Source: a virus
Lineage: Duplodnaviria > Heunggongvirae > Uroviricota > Caudoviricetes
IMG/VR virus record: IMGVR_UViG_3300033076_000838
Coordinates: 1-47,835 of that record
DNA length: 47,835 bases
Reading direction: 5' to 3' (one strand)
The translations under genes and the position numbers were made by a program. The stretch's first letter is position 1, and each line of letters opens with the position of its first letter. The notes under the pieces are model-generated. The model was not told the DNA's origin and ran no database searches. It saw nothing but the letters and a program-made list of their open reading frames with translations. Below are positions 17,781 through 27,579 of the stretch, piece after piece.

Positions 17781-19076
17781 ATGATTATAGTAGAATCTCA
17801 ATATGAGATAAATGATTTTTTGAACCATTGGGGTAATGAAACCTCAATGGTTATTCCTATTTGGACTGATTTAGAACAGCATCCAATGAATACCCACTTG
17901 TCATTTATATATGTGAGATTTGAATCTGGTAATTACATTATTCCGTTTGACCATAACGATTGTGAGAAAGTAAATATTGACCTTTCTCAATCTACACAAA
18001 TAAAATGGGTATGGAATAAAAAAGGAATCCTACAAACTGATTTAGGATTGCAATCGGTAAGAGATATTCAAACCGAAACATTCTTTCAACATAATCAACT
18101 AATTGATATTACAACCTTTACGGATTCCATAACAAACTTTTATACTCGTTTGGGATTGCATGATGGATTAGGTAAATCCATTCCTATTATGAAATGGGTA
18201 GAAGTCCTAAACAATATGAGTAACTCAATTTTACCACTTTTACCAAAAAATGGTAATATCGAGAAAAACTCATTTTTACCACTTAGTTGGATTGATACGA
18301 TAATGATTCCCATTCTTTCAGACGTCGAGAAACGAGGCCTCCGAGTCGATACGGAAAAATTTTTTGATAGATGGCCATCCAATTCCAAACAATTAAAAGG
18401 TGATACCATTTGGACAGAATATAATCCATATACCCTTACATCACGTCCCTCCAATCGTCACGGGGGTATAAACTTTGGTGCACTAAATAAAAAGGATGGT
18501 TCGAGGGAAGTCTTCATACCACGTGAGAATACGATGTTCTTACAATTCGATTATGATGCATATCACGTTCGTATTATCGGTAAGTTGATTGGATATCAAT
18601 TACCAACGACATCCGTTCACCAATGGTTAGCAGACCAATACCATTGTCCTTATGATGAATCCAAAGGAAGAACATTCCGAATCCTTTATGGTGGGGTAAG
18701 TGAAGAAGATAAAGAAATTCCGTTCTTTAAGGGGGTAGACGAGTTCATACAACGGGTCTATACCGAATCCCAACAAAGAGGATACCTCCTAACTCCAAAA
18801 GGAAGGAAGATACCTCTAACGTGGATAGAAGGGGAGAATCCCCAAAAGGTATTCAACTATCTTTTACAAGCAACGGAGACGGAATTTAATATGGAAGTCT
18901 TAGTCAAATTAAAAAAAGAAGGTTACGACTTACCTATCTTATACACATACGACTCATTCTTATTTGAGTACGACTTGAGCTGGGATACTGAAAGGGCAAA
19001 GGGGATTAAATCCGTGCTCGAAAGTTTTGGGTTTCCCATTAAGGCAAGTTGGGGTATGGATTACTCAAAAATTTAA
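17781..19076 (+). CDS. Divergent, truncated family A DNA polymerase
   Basis: TSRPSN....NF, motif A FDYDAYHVR, motif B SKGRTFRILYGG, FNYLLQATE, motif C YTYDSFLF. Confidence 0.85.
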   Translation: MIIVESQYEINDFLNHWGNETSMVIPIWTDLEQHPMNTHLSFIYVRFESGNYIIPFDHNDCEKVNIDLSQSTQIKWVWNKKGILQTDLGLQSVRDIQTETFFQHNQLIDITTFTDSITNFYTRLGLHDGLGKSIPIMKWVEVLNNMSNSILPLLPKNGNIEKNSFLPLSWIDTIMIPILSDVEKRGLRVDTEKFFDRWPSNSKQLKGDTIWTEYNPYTLTSRPSNRHGGINFGALNKKDGSREVFIPRENTMFLQFDYDAYHVRIIGKLIGYQLPTTSVHQWLADQYHCPYDESKGRTFRILYGGVSEEDKEIPFFKGVDEFIQRVYTESQQRGYLLTPKGRKIPLTWIEGENPQKVFNYLLQATETEFNMEVLVKLKKEGYDLPILYTYDSFLFEYDLSWDTERAKGIKSVLESFGFPIKASWGMDYSKI

Positions 19077-19107
19077 TATTTATATACTAAACGAGAGGAT
19101 TTAGTAT

Positions 19108-19743
19108 ATGAAAAAATTTTTTACACTAATTGTAGTGTTACTTCTTGCCTTAGGTCTTAAGGCACAAGATGTTGTGGTTCTTAAACACACAAATTATACA
19201 TCACATTTTTCAAAATCAAAAAGATACCCTGTCTTAGTAGAATGGTGGGAAACTAAAATTAAAATTGGTTGCTCAAATCCATTACCTCGTAAAGATAATT
19301 TCAAACCAGACCCCCTTTTACCTAATGAAACTAATATTGGTGCAGATTATATAAATAGTGGATATGATAGAGGACATTTGATGCCAGCAAAATCAAACCA
19401 ATGCCAAACTACATTTGTACAAGATGAGTGTTTCTATTATTCTAATATGGCTGCACAAACTCATAGATTAAATGCAGGAGATTGGAAATCATTAGAAACT
19501 CTAACAAGAGAATGGGCGGTTAAGGAAGATTCAATACATATATGGGCAGGAAACGTTGGTGAATTGAAACGAATTGGTAAAGTTGCCGTACCGACACAAT
19601 GTTGGAAAGTGGTATATGTTAAAAAAACAAATGAATGGTTTGCATATTTATTTGAGAACAATACATCTAATCCAGATGGTTTAAATAATAACAAAGTTTT
19701 AGTTTCGGATATTGAAAAATTAACAGGTTTGAAATTTAAATAA
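19108..19743 (+). CDS. DNA/RNA non-specific endonuclease (DRGH family) with Sec signal peptide
   Basis: SGYDRGHLMPA, SNM.AQ...LN.G.W..LE, VPT.CWKVV; N-terminal MKKFFTLIVVLLLALGLKA/Q. Confidence 0.9.
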   Translation: MKKFFTLIVVLLLALGLKAQDVVVLKHTNYTSHFSKSKRYPVLVEWWETKIKIGCSNPLPRKDNFKPDPLLPNETNIGADYINSGYDRGHLMPAKSNQCQTTFVQDECFYYSNMAAQTHRLNAGDWKSLETLTREWAVKEDSIHIWAGNVGELKRIGKVAVPTQCWKVVYVKKTNEWFAYLFENNTSNPDGLNNNKVLVSDIEKLTGLKFK

Positions 19744-19762
19744 TTTCGAAGGATAAAGTATT

Positions 19763-22606
19763 ATGGCGGATAAAAGAATTTCCCAACTTAACTCACATAC
19801 ATCTCCATCTGGTAGTGACCTTTTAGTAATCGTAAATAATAACGAAACTAAAAAAATTACCTATGCGAATTTAACTGCAGCACTTACTGGTTCTCAAACC
19901 AATATTACTGCATTAAATCAGTTTACACAATCGTTTAATAGTTTCTCAGCTTCGGTTCATACTGAAATTCTTGCAGGAACAAACGAACAAGACCTTTCAA
20001 ACTTAGTAACAAATGTAACATTAGGAGTTTTAAGTGGTAGTGTAGATGGTAGGTTGGATAGATTAGAAGCAAATACTGGTTCTTATTTAACATCTTTAAA
20101 TGGTGCAATAAGTTCATCATCACAATTAACATCATCATACGATAGTAGATATGTTTTAAGTGGTAGTATTACTCAAACAACTTGGGATAATATTAGTGGA
20201 AAACCTGATGGATTGGTTTCACAATCTACGAATTTAACTTCTCTAAATTTATTTACACAAAGTATTGATAATAGAGTTGATAATTTGGAAAATGTAACAT
20301 CTTCATACGAAACAAAAGGTAGTGGTATTTTAAGTGGTAGTGTTTCTTATACATCTCTTACAAATATTCCATCTGGTATAGTTTCACAATCAGTAAATTT
20401 ATCATCATTAAATGCATTTACGTCATCGTATTTTACCGATAGTGCATCGATTGATAGTAGAGTATTAACCGAAAAAGGAAGAATAGATGCTATTCTTTCT
20501 GCATCAACTGCTAATGCAGATACTTTTGCAGAAATTGTAACCCTAATCAATTCAGTTGATACGACAAATGATAATGCTTTTGCATCATATTATACATCTT
20601 CTAATGCTAGAATTAGTTCATTAGAAAATACTACATCATCTTATGAAACAAAAGGTAGTGGTATTGTTAGTGGTTCTTCACAATTAACATCTTCATTAGA
20701 TTTAAGATATGCAACATCTGCATCTTATTTAACATCTTTAAATGGTGCATTTAGTTCTTCTATTCAAACTTTGGGTGGTAGTGGTGTGTATAGTTCTTCT
20801 GCACAATTACCAAATGGTTTAATAAGTGGAAGTTCTCAATTAACAAGTTCATATGACATTCGTTATACATTAAGTGGTTCAGTACAACCTTTACCAAATG
20901 GATTAATTAGTGGTTCATCACAATTAACCGCTTCTTACGATACTCGTTATGCTTTAAGTGGTAGTAGTGTAAGTATTAATACTGGTTCATTTGCAACAAC
21001 GGGTTCAAACACATTTATAGGAACTGAAACAATTAGTGGTTCTTTATTATTGAGTGGTAGTTTTAGTTACAATGGAACACCTCTTCAAAATGGATTTGCA
21101 TTTGCACAACCACAACTTACAAGAATACTAGATAATGTATCTTACACAGGTTCTTCTGCATGGGTAACTTCATATAATGGCAATGGTGGTGCAATTATTG
21201 TAACTGCAAATGTTAGTGGGTATAGAACCACAGGTGGTTTAGGAACTGCACAATTATTGAGAGATGGTGTTGCAGTTGCATCACAAACATTTTATTTTAA
21301 TCTTGCAAATTATCACACACCATTACCTCCGATTGTATATGTAAGAAATAGTGAAACAGGTTCACATACATATTCAATCTATTTTAGTAATATTTTAGCT
21401 GATACAAATGATTACGCAACTATAAATGTATTGGAATATGGAAATAGTGCAATGTTCCCAACTACTATTATTAGTGGTTCAACTCAATTGACAAGTTCAT
21501 TTGATGTGAGATATGAGGGAGTTGGTAGAGGTATAGTTAGTGGTTCAACACAACTTACATCATCATTTGAAACAAAAGGTAGTGGAATTTATAGTTCTTC
21601 TGCTCAATTACCAAATGGTTTAATTAGTGGTTCTTCACAATTACCAAATGGATTGGTAAGTGGAAGTTCTCAATTAACCGCTTCATATGATACAAGATAC
21701 GCTTTAAGTGGTAGTGGTGGTTCTACTACAATTCCTGCTGGGACAGTTAGTGGTTCTTCACAATTGACAAGTTCATATGATGGTAGATATACTTTAACAT
21801 CTTCATTTAACGCGTTTACCGCATCGGCACAAGCAGTAACTACGGGTTCAAACTCATTTAATGGTACACAAACTATTACAGGTTCGTTAATTATAACAAC
21901 TGGTAGTTTTGTAGGTTCTCAAATTCTTGCAAATACTTCATCACTTTATTTGACAAGTGGTAGTAATATGTATGTTCAAAACAATGGTGTAGTTGAAATT
22001 ACTGGTTCATTAAAAGTTAGTGGTTCTGCGAACTTTAATGTTTCGGTATTAAGTGTGGATGGTCGTAGTGGAGACGAGGGTGGTGAAATCAATTTAGCAA
22101 TTCCTGTAACAAACACTACATTACAAAATCGTGTAACAACTGATATTTGGCAAAATAGATTTAGAGTTTTTGAAGGTAGTGCCAATGCAAAGGGAGTATT
22201 TGTTGATTTAAGTAAAGCACCTGCCGGTGTAGGTGGTGAATTGTTGTGGAAAGCAAGTGGGATAGTAAATACAGGTGTTGATGTAATATTGGGTGATTTG
22301 AAAGCAAGAATACCTTCAACTGGAAATAAAAGTTTACAACTTTCAACAACTTCTGGTGTAACATATAGTGTTCATGGAAGTGGAGTATATTCACAATCCG
22401 GTACTGTCGTAGGTACTACTCTATCAACAGCATTATCGGTAACATCAACACCTACATATATTGTGTCTGGATATAATTTCGGAACTGCCGGTGCAACTGA
22501 TACGTGGGTACTAATGGATACATCAAACGCAATTGCTTGGAGAATAACAATGATAATTGGTTTTGCGTTTAATAACAACTTTATTTCAATAGAACGATTA
22601 CATTAA
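19763..22606 (+). CDS. Long Ser/Thr/Gly-rich tail fibre / virion fibre protein
   Basis: 947 aa with many SGSSQLTxSYDxRY and TGSN.F.G repeats; N-terminal KRISQL module. Confidence 0.75.
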   Translation: MADKRISQLNSHTSPSGSDLLVIVNNNETKKITYANLTAALTGSQTNITALNQFTQSFNSFSASVHTEILAGTNEQDLSNLVTNVTLGVLSGSVDGRLDRLEANTGSYLTSLNGAISSSSQLTSSYDSRYVLSGSITQTTWDNISGKPDGLVSQSTNLTSLNLFTQSIDNRVDNLENVTSSYETKGSGILSGSVSYTSLTNIPSGIVSQSVNLSSLNAFTSSYFTDSASIDSRVLTEKGRIDAILSASTANADTFAEIVTLINSVDTTNDNAFASYYTSSNARISSLENTTSSYETKGSGIVSGSSQLTSSLDLRYATSASYLTSLNGAFSSSIQTLGGSGVYSSSAQLPNGLISGSSQLTSSYDIRYTLSGSVQPLPNGLISGSSQLTASYDTRYALSGSSVSINTGSFATTGSNTFIGTETISGSLLLSGSFSYNGTPLQNGFAFAQPQLTRILDNVSYTGSSAWVTSYNGNGGAIIVTANVSGYRTTGGLGTAQLLRDGVAVASQTFYFNLANYHTPLPPIVYVRNSETGSHTYSIYFSNILADTNDYATINVLEYGNSAMFPTTIISGSTQLTSSFDVRYEGVGRGIVSGSTQLTSSFETKGSGIYSSSAQLPNGLISGSSQLPNGLVSGSSQLTASYDTRYALSGSGGSTTIPAGTVSGSSQLTSSYDGRYTLTSSFNAFTASAQAVTTGSNSFNGTQTITGSLIITTGSFVGSQILANTSSLYLTSGSNMYVQNNGVVEITGSLKVSGSANFNVSVLSVDGRSGDEGGEINLAIPVTNTTLQNRVTTDIWQNRFRVFEGSANAKGVFVDLSKAPAGVGGELLWKASGIVNTGVDVILGDLKARIPSTGNKSLQLSTTSGVTYSVHGSGVYSQSGTVVGTTLSTALSVTSTPTYIVSGYNFGTAGATDTWVLMDTSNAIAWRITMIIGFAFNNNFISIERLH
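20080..21790 (+). repeat. Intragenic imperfect repeats (SGSSQLT(S/A)SYD.RY, LPNGLISGSSQ, SSYETKGSG) in the fibre gene
   Basis: Recurrent DNA blocks such as AGTGGTTCTTCACAATT, CCAAATGGTTTAAT and GAAACAAAAGGTAGTGG; boundaries approximate. Confidence 0.8.
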
Positions 22607-22607
22607 T

Positions 22608-23714
22608 ATGGCAATAGAATTTAGAGGAGGAAGTTTATCAATTGGTCCTAATGCATTGTATCCATTTACATCGTTTATGTTTACAACTGCAAGAGCAAGT
22701 GGTTCAATTGGACCATCTGGTTCTGCAATTCTTGCTGAATATACTGGTTCATCTTCGGGAAGTTATTTTTCAAATCCAACATTTTTTACAACGGGTTCAT
22801 TTCAAGGTTACCAAATATGGACAGTTCCTCAAACTGCAACTTATGAAATTGAAGTGGCTGGTAGTAGAGCAGGTGTTCCTAGAAATAACTTTTCAATTGG
22901 ATATGGTAAAGGTGCTATTATAAAAGCAAGAGTACCATTAACACAAGGACAAAAATTGATGATGGTGGTTGGTCAATATACTGATGCATTGGGAGCAAAT
23001 ATCAACCAATCTGGTTCTTATATGGGATTAGGTGGAGGCGGTGGTTCTTTTGTAACTATATCAGGTTCAGTACCAACTCCTGTTTTAATTGCAGGTGGGG
23101 GTGGTGGAACTGGTAAATATTCTAGTTTCAATCTTGGTAGTATTCAAGTAGGAAAAAATGGGTCAACATCAACATCAGGTTCTGCATCAGTTTTAGGTGC
23201 ACCAGGCGGTAGTGGTAGTTTAGGAGGTCGTTCTCATATAAACACAGGTTCAATTACATCATTAAATCAATATGATGGTGGTGCAGGTGCTGGATTTAAT
23301 GGAAACGGATATAATGGCGATGGTAATCTTACTAAACCATATAATGGTACGACATATGGAGAAGGTGGATATGCTTTTATAAGTGGTTCAAAAGGTGGAC
23401 AAGAAGGTTCATCGTGGGGTAGACCATCTACCTATGCCGGTGGAGCTGGTGGATTTGGTGGAGGTGGTGGTGGTAATGGTATTATCGATGGTGGAGGTGG
23501 TGGTGGATACTCCGGAGGTGGTGGTGGATATGGTTCGGTAAACACTGCTGCCGATGGTGGAGGAGGGGGTGGTTCATATATTATAACAACCGCAACATCA
23601 ATTTCAACATCAGATGGAAATTATGATGGATTATCTACATTTAGTGGAAGTGCAATCACAAACTTAAATAACTACAATACCGGTAGTGGATACATACTAA
23701 TAACTAAATTATAA
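22608..23714 (+). CDS. Glycine-rich virion / receptor-binding protein
   Basis: GYQIWTVP.T..Y.IE.AG, multiple GGGGG runs and GGGGGSY, typical of polyglycine-II glycine-rich domains. Confidence 0.75.
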   Translation: MAIEFRGGSLSIGPNALYPFTSFMFTTARASGSIGPSGSAILAEYTGSSSGSYFSNPTFFTTGSFQGYQIWTVPQTATYEIEVAGSRAGVPRNNFSIGYGKGAIIKARVPLTQGQKLMMVVGQYTDALGANINQSGSYMGLGGGGGSFVTISGSVPTPVLIAGGGGGTGKYSSFNLGSIQVGKNGSTSTSGSASVLGAPGGSGSLGGRSHINTGSITSLNQYDGGAGAGFNGNGYNGDGNLTKPYNGTTYGEGGYAFISGSKGGQEGSSWGRPSTYAGGAGGFGGGGGGNGIIDGGGGGGYSGGGGGYGSVNTAADGGGGGGSYIITTATSISTSDGNYDGLSTFSGSAITNLNNYNTGSGYILITKL

Positions 23715-23727
23715 CATATTTATACAT

Positions 23728-23955
23728 ATGCAATATATTAGTTGGCAAGAATGGTATAAAATGTGGAAGGATAAAAAACCTCTAAATGAGATTACGTCTG
23801 ATTACAATTGTTTTTTATACCAATACGAAACTTACGAACAATATGAAGCATGTATAAGAAAATTGGGAAGTGAAACACGATATATACTTCAACAAAATAG
23901 AAATAATATTTTACAACAAAATGGATTTAAACTTGTATGGCAGATAAAACTATAA
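23728..23955 (+). CDS. Small hypothetical (probably virion) protein
   Basis: Follows the CATATTTATA motif; C-terminal YILQQN...ILQQNG repeat. Confidence 0.6.
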   Translation: MQYISWQEWYKMWKDKKPLNEITSDYNCFLYQYETYEQYEACIRKLGSETRYILQQNRNNILQQNGFKLVWQIKL

Positions 23956-24575
23956 CCGAATTAGATAATTTAGTAAACTTATCAAACGATGATGTGTTTG
24001 TATGTGTCGATATTAGTGAAGAAACCACTAAGAAAGTTACATATGGTAATTTAATGAACAATGTGACTGGTTCATTACCTCCTGGTTTGGGTGGTAGTGG
24101 ATTGGGTTGGGCTAGATATGATGATACACAATATACAACTTCATCAGTATTTAGTGTAACGACTGCAGATGGTGATGTAACGTTACCAAATAATGCTGGT
24201 AATACCATAGAAACTCATTTACATTCATCTATATCGTTTTATAATAGTGGTTCTCAAAAAATACAAGTTGAAAATAATGCAGATGTATATATGACAACTG
24301 TCGTATTTAGAGCAAAAACCTCAAATGCAAATGGAACTCATATAAGATTACAATTGGATAGTACAGGTGCAACTCCATATGAAAGAGTTGGTAAAGATTT
24401 ATTTTTTGGTAAGGGAAATGATGTGTGGCATGATTTTCATGAAGTATTTCAATTTTATGCAGATGATGATTTTGTAACAAATGGTAATAGATGGAAAGTT
24501 AGAGCAGTTGGAAACAATGTTAGTATTGCAAATATAATATTTTTTATACAACGAACACAAAATCATTCACAATAG
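23937..24575 (+). CDS. Virion protein sharing its N-terminal module with the fibre
   Basis: MADKTITEL...D.F.CVD...TKKVTYGNL versus MADKRISQL...DLLVIV...TKKITYANL. Confidence 0.7.
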   Translation: MADKTITELDNLVNLSNDDVFVCVDISEETTKKVTYGNLMNNVTGSLPPGLGGSGLGWARYDDTQYTTSSVFSVTTADGDVTLPNNAGNTIETHLHSSISFYNSGSQKIQVENNADVYMTTVVFRAKTSNANGTHIRLQLDSTGATPYERVGKDLFFGKGNDVWHDFHEVFQFYADDDFVTNGNRWKVRAVGNNVSIANIIFFIQRTQNHSQ

Positions 24576-24593
24576 TAAATAACTCCATTAAAA

Positions 24594-24625
24594 TTTGGAT
24601 AATTCAAATATATTTCGTATATTTG
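24594..24625 (+). promoter_or_regulatory. Bacteroidota sigma-A-type promoter
   Basis: TTTG-N20-TATATTTG. Confidence 0.8.
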
Positions 24626-24647
24626 TAAAACATAAATTAGATAAGTA

Positions 24648-26867
24648 ATGCAAAAAAAGTTTATTACAAAATTATTGAGAGAACTTTCGTATAGAAGTAA
24701 AGAGGGTTATCCTATACTATCTAAGAAAGAACATATTCAAATAATTTCAGATATTCTTACCGAATGGGGTATGAGTGAAATTCAGTCAGAGTTAATTAAA
24801 AATTTAACCGAAGGACCTGAAGATGATAAATATACCCACGTTGGTCAGGGTTACTATGTGAAAAAAGGTGAAGAAAAGAAAGAAGATGCTCAGAAATTTA
24901 CCAAAGATGATAGTGGTAAATATAACGTAGTATCCCAAGCAGAATACGAAAAGCAAAAACAAAAAGCAGGTGAAGAAGGAGGACCAACTAATAATCCAAA
25001 CGCTGAACCTAAAAAAGATACACAAGGTGGAGGAGAACAACCTCAACAAGAACCACCAAAGGGAACATCATTACAAACACCCGAAACTCAAGCAAGATTT
25101 AAGAAAGAAGCAGATGCAGTTGCTAAACTAAATAGACAAGAAAACCGAACATATTCAAAAGAAGGTAAAAAAGCTATTAATAGTTTCGAAGCAAAAGTAA
25201 CTGAAACACAAGAGTTTTTATCATCGGAACAATATGAATTGGTAAGTGAAGCATTAGAGCATATTAGAGATTTATACGATGAAAATTCTTCGGAAGAATT
25301 AAGAGCAGAAGCAGCACAATGGATTATTGATAATATGAAATTTTCTACAAATGAAAATGGTAGAAAAGCATATTTCAACGTATTGGGTGGTAATAGAAAA
25401 ATCATATCGGGTACACAAGGAACGAATAGTTCAGAAGATTTGGTTAATAGAATCAAACAATATGGTGAGGTAAAAGAATTCAACGCAAAAGGTATTAAAG
25501 ATAAATTAGCTGCAGCAGCAAAACCTGATTTAGGTAAAGCAAATGAAGCTAGTCCAAAAAAACATCCGAAAGTAAAAGATTTTTTCCAAAAAAATCCAAT
25601 TCTTAGTAGAGTAAAAGAATCGATGTGGGGATTTTTTGCAGTAATGGATGAAAATGGTAATCCAAAAATGCCATCAAATGAATATTCACAAGAATACTTA
25701 CAACAAAGTTTTAATAATCCTGCGTTGAATAGAACAATTGAAACAAGTAAGGAATTAGTAAAAAATGGTGAATTAGACCCTAAATTTGTAAGTGCATTAG
25801 AAGAACATCAAAAAAGACAAAGAGACCTTATAGAAAAATACACAGCACCTAACGAAGAATTAGCAAAAGAAATCGATGATTCATATAATAAAATGATGAC
25901 AGATTTACATTCAGCCGATTCTGATGCAGCAGGTGCAGTAATGAAACAATTAGCTGAAAATCGTTTATATGAAACTATGTTAGCTAGAGGTGAAGAAGTT
26001 TATTTACCATCAAATGGTTCATTCCCTGCAGGTGATGTGATTCATAGAGGAAGCACAACTGGTGTATCTCTAATTAGTGTTAAATTTGGTAAATCAGGTA
26101 GAACATATGGTTGTCCTGCTAACGCAAAGGCAATTCAATCAATACATCCAGACCCTGCTAAAAGAGAAATGACTGGACAATATTTAGGTGAAAAAGACCA
26201 TTTATTAGTATTAAAAGATGAATTGTATAGAGGAGAAACTAAGGAAGAAACCATTAGTAAAACTAAACAATTTGTATTACGTTCATTAGGTGAAATCGGA
26301 TTACAAGATTTATTTACTTCCGCGGAATTAAATGAATATTCTACTCTCATTGCCGAATATACTGAAATACTTACTAATCTTAAAGAAGATTTAAAATCCG
26401 TTAATTTTCCAAATCAAGCGAAATATTGGGAAGAATTTAATAAACGTCTTGCTGATGTAGAAAAAGAATACTCATCGAAAATGGGTAAGATTATGACGGA
26501 AGATAAGATTGCAACATTAATCGGTAAAAATAATGTTGGTAACGCAAAGAGTAGTAGAACTGGTAGTGTACCTGTTGAAGTTGCATTATGTATGATTAAT
26601 GATGCTAATAGTATCAGAACATCAGATGGGTTTGGATTATCTCATAATAAACAATATTACGATTCTAAGGGAGAACCACACTTTGTAACTGATAAGGGAA
26701 ATAATGACCCTAACTCATATTCTATTACATATAGAACAAAGAGAACTGCTGGACGTGCCGGAGGAGGACCTCAATATTCATATACCGGTGATGGTGATTC
26801 AGCGGAATATGATTTAGATGATTCCGGTAACACATATGATTCTGAAACAGGTGAATATGTAGAATAG
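24648..26867 (+). CDS. Large hypothetical protein with possible PD-(D/E)xK-like domain
   Basis: 739 aa; N-terminal LRELSYRS..GYP module, charged linker, then QLAE...FPAGDVI...LISVK. Confidence 0.6.
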   Translation: MQKKFITKLLRELSYRSKEGYPILSKKEHIQIISDILTEWGMSEIQSELIKNLTEGPEDDKYTHVGQGYYVKKGEEKKEDAQKFTKDDSGKYNVVSQAEYEKQKQKAGEEGGPTNNPNAEPKKDTQGGGEQPQQEPPKGTSLQTPETQARFKKEADAVAKLNRQENRTYSKEGKKAINSFEAKVTETQEFLSSEQYELVSEALEHIRDLYDENSSEELRAEAAQWIIDNMKFSTNENGRKAYFNVLGGNRKIISGTQGTNSSEDLVNRIKQYGEVKEFNAKGIKDKLAAAAKPDLGKANEASPKKHPKVKDFFQKNPILSRVKESMWGFFAVMDENGNPKMPSNEYSQEYLQQSFNNPALNRTIETSKELVKNGELDPKFVSALEEHQKRQRDLIEKYTAPNEELAKEIDDSYNKMMTDLHSADSDAAGAVMKQLAENRLYETMLARGEEVYLPSNGSFPAGDVIHRGSTTGVSLISVKFGKSGRTYGCPANAKAIQSIHPDPAKREMTGQYLGEKDHLLVLKDELYRGETKEETISKTKQFVLRSLGEIGLQDLFTSAELNEYSTLIAEYTEILTNLKEDLKSVNFPNQAKYWEEFNKRLADVEKEYSSKMGKIMTEDKIATLIGKNNVGNAKSSRTGSVPVEVALCMINDANSIRTSDGFGLSHNKQYYDSKGEPHFVTDKGNNDPNSYSITYRTKRTAGRAGGGPQYSYTGDGDSAEYDLDDSGNTYDSETGEYVE

Positions 26868-26931
26868 TAAAATAAGTCTTTCAATTTCGTTTTTTATACT
26901 TATTATAGAGAGTATAAAATTAGGAGAATGA

Positions 26932-27333
26932 ATGCAAACACAACTATTGTGCACCTTTACAACAAAGGATGAGTTACAAAATACATTAGAACAAATAAAA
27001 CAAACTTATTATATAGTTTACAATTATATTTACGTCTTACAAAATAAGGCTAATTTAGAAGAATTATATATAACATATAATATAGATACACAATATAAAC
27101 CAACTATCCCATTAAAGGATACGATTTTGGTTCATAGAAAAAAACAATCTAATACACTCTATACCATCAACGCCCTAAACGAATTGGTTAAGGAAGAAAA
27201 TGGTGGTAAAGCAGATAAGGATTTTATAGTGGATTGGGATAAATTCAAAAATACGATAATTGTTACTAATACGGAGGGTACGAAGAAGATTAGTACAAGA
27301 ATTTTTGAAGTAATTGAATATTCTCAAAAATAA
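26932..27333 (+). CDS. Phage hypothetical protein
   Basis: QLLCTFT...ILVHRKK.SNTLYTINALN; AGGAG upstream. Confidence 0.75.
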   Translation: MQTQLLCTFTTKDELQNTLEQIKQTYYIVYNYIYVLQNKANLEELYITYNIDTQYKPTIPLKDTILVHRKKQSNTLYTINALNELVKEENGGKADKDFIVDWDKFKNTIIVTNTEGTKKISTRIFEVIEYSQK

Positions 27334-27334
27334 A

Positions 27335-27366
27335 TTTGGAAGTCTAAGATTTTTTTCGTATATTTG
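27335..27366 (+). promoter_or_regulatory. Bacteroidota sigma-A-type promoter
   Basis: TTTG-N20-TATATTTG. Confidence 0.85.
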
Positions 27367-27404
27367 TATTCAATTAATTTATAAACAAACAAAACAAAAA
27401 ACAA

Positions 27405-27569
27405 ATGAAAAAAGTATTAGCATTAGCAGTAATTTCATTAGGAATTATGAGCTGTGGGTCAAACTCACAAACCGAAGTAGCATCAGATTCAACAGCAGTG
27501 GCAGTAGACACAGCAGTAGTTGCAACTGATTCAGCAGCAGTAAAAGTAGATTCTGCAGAAGTAAAATAA
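27405..27569 (+). CDS. Small lipoprotein, 54 aa (not in the ORF track)
   Basis: MKKVLALAVISLGIMS-CGSNSQTEVASDSTAVAVDTAVVATDSAAVKVDSAEVK*; lipobox-like signal; own promoter and terminator. Confidence 0.85.
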   Translation: MKKVLALAVISLGIMSCGSNSQTEVASDSTAVAVDTAVVATDSAAVKVDSAEVK

Positions 27570-27579
27570 AGATTATATA

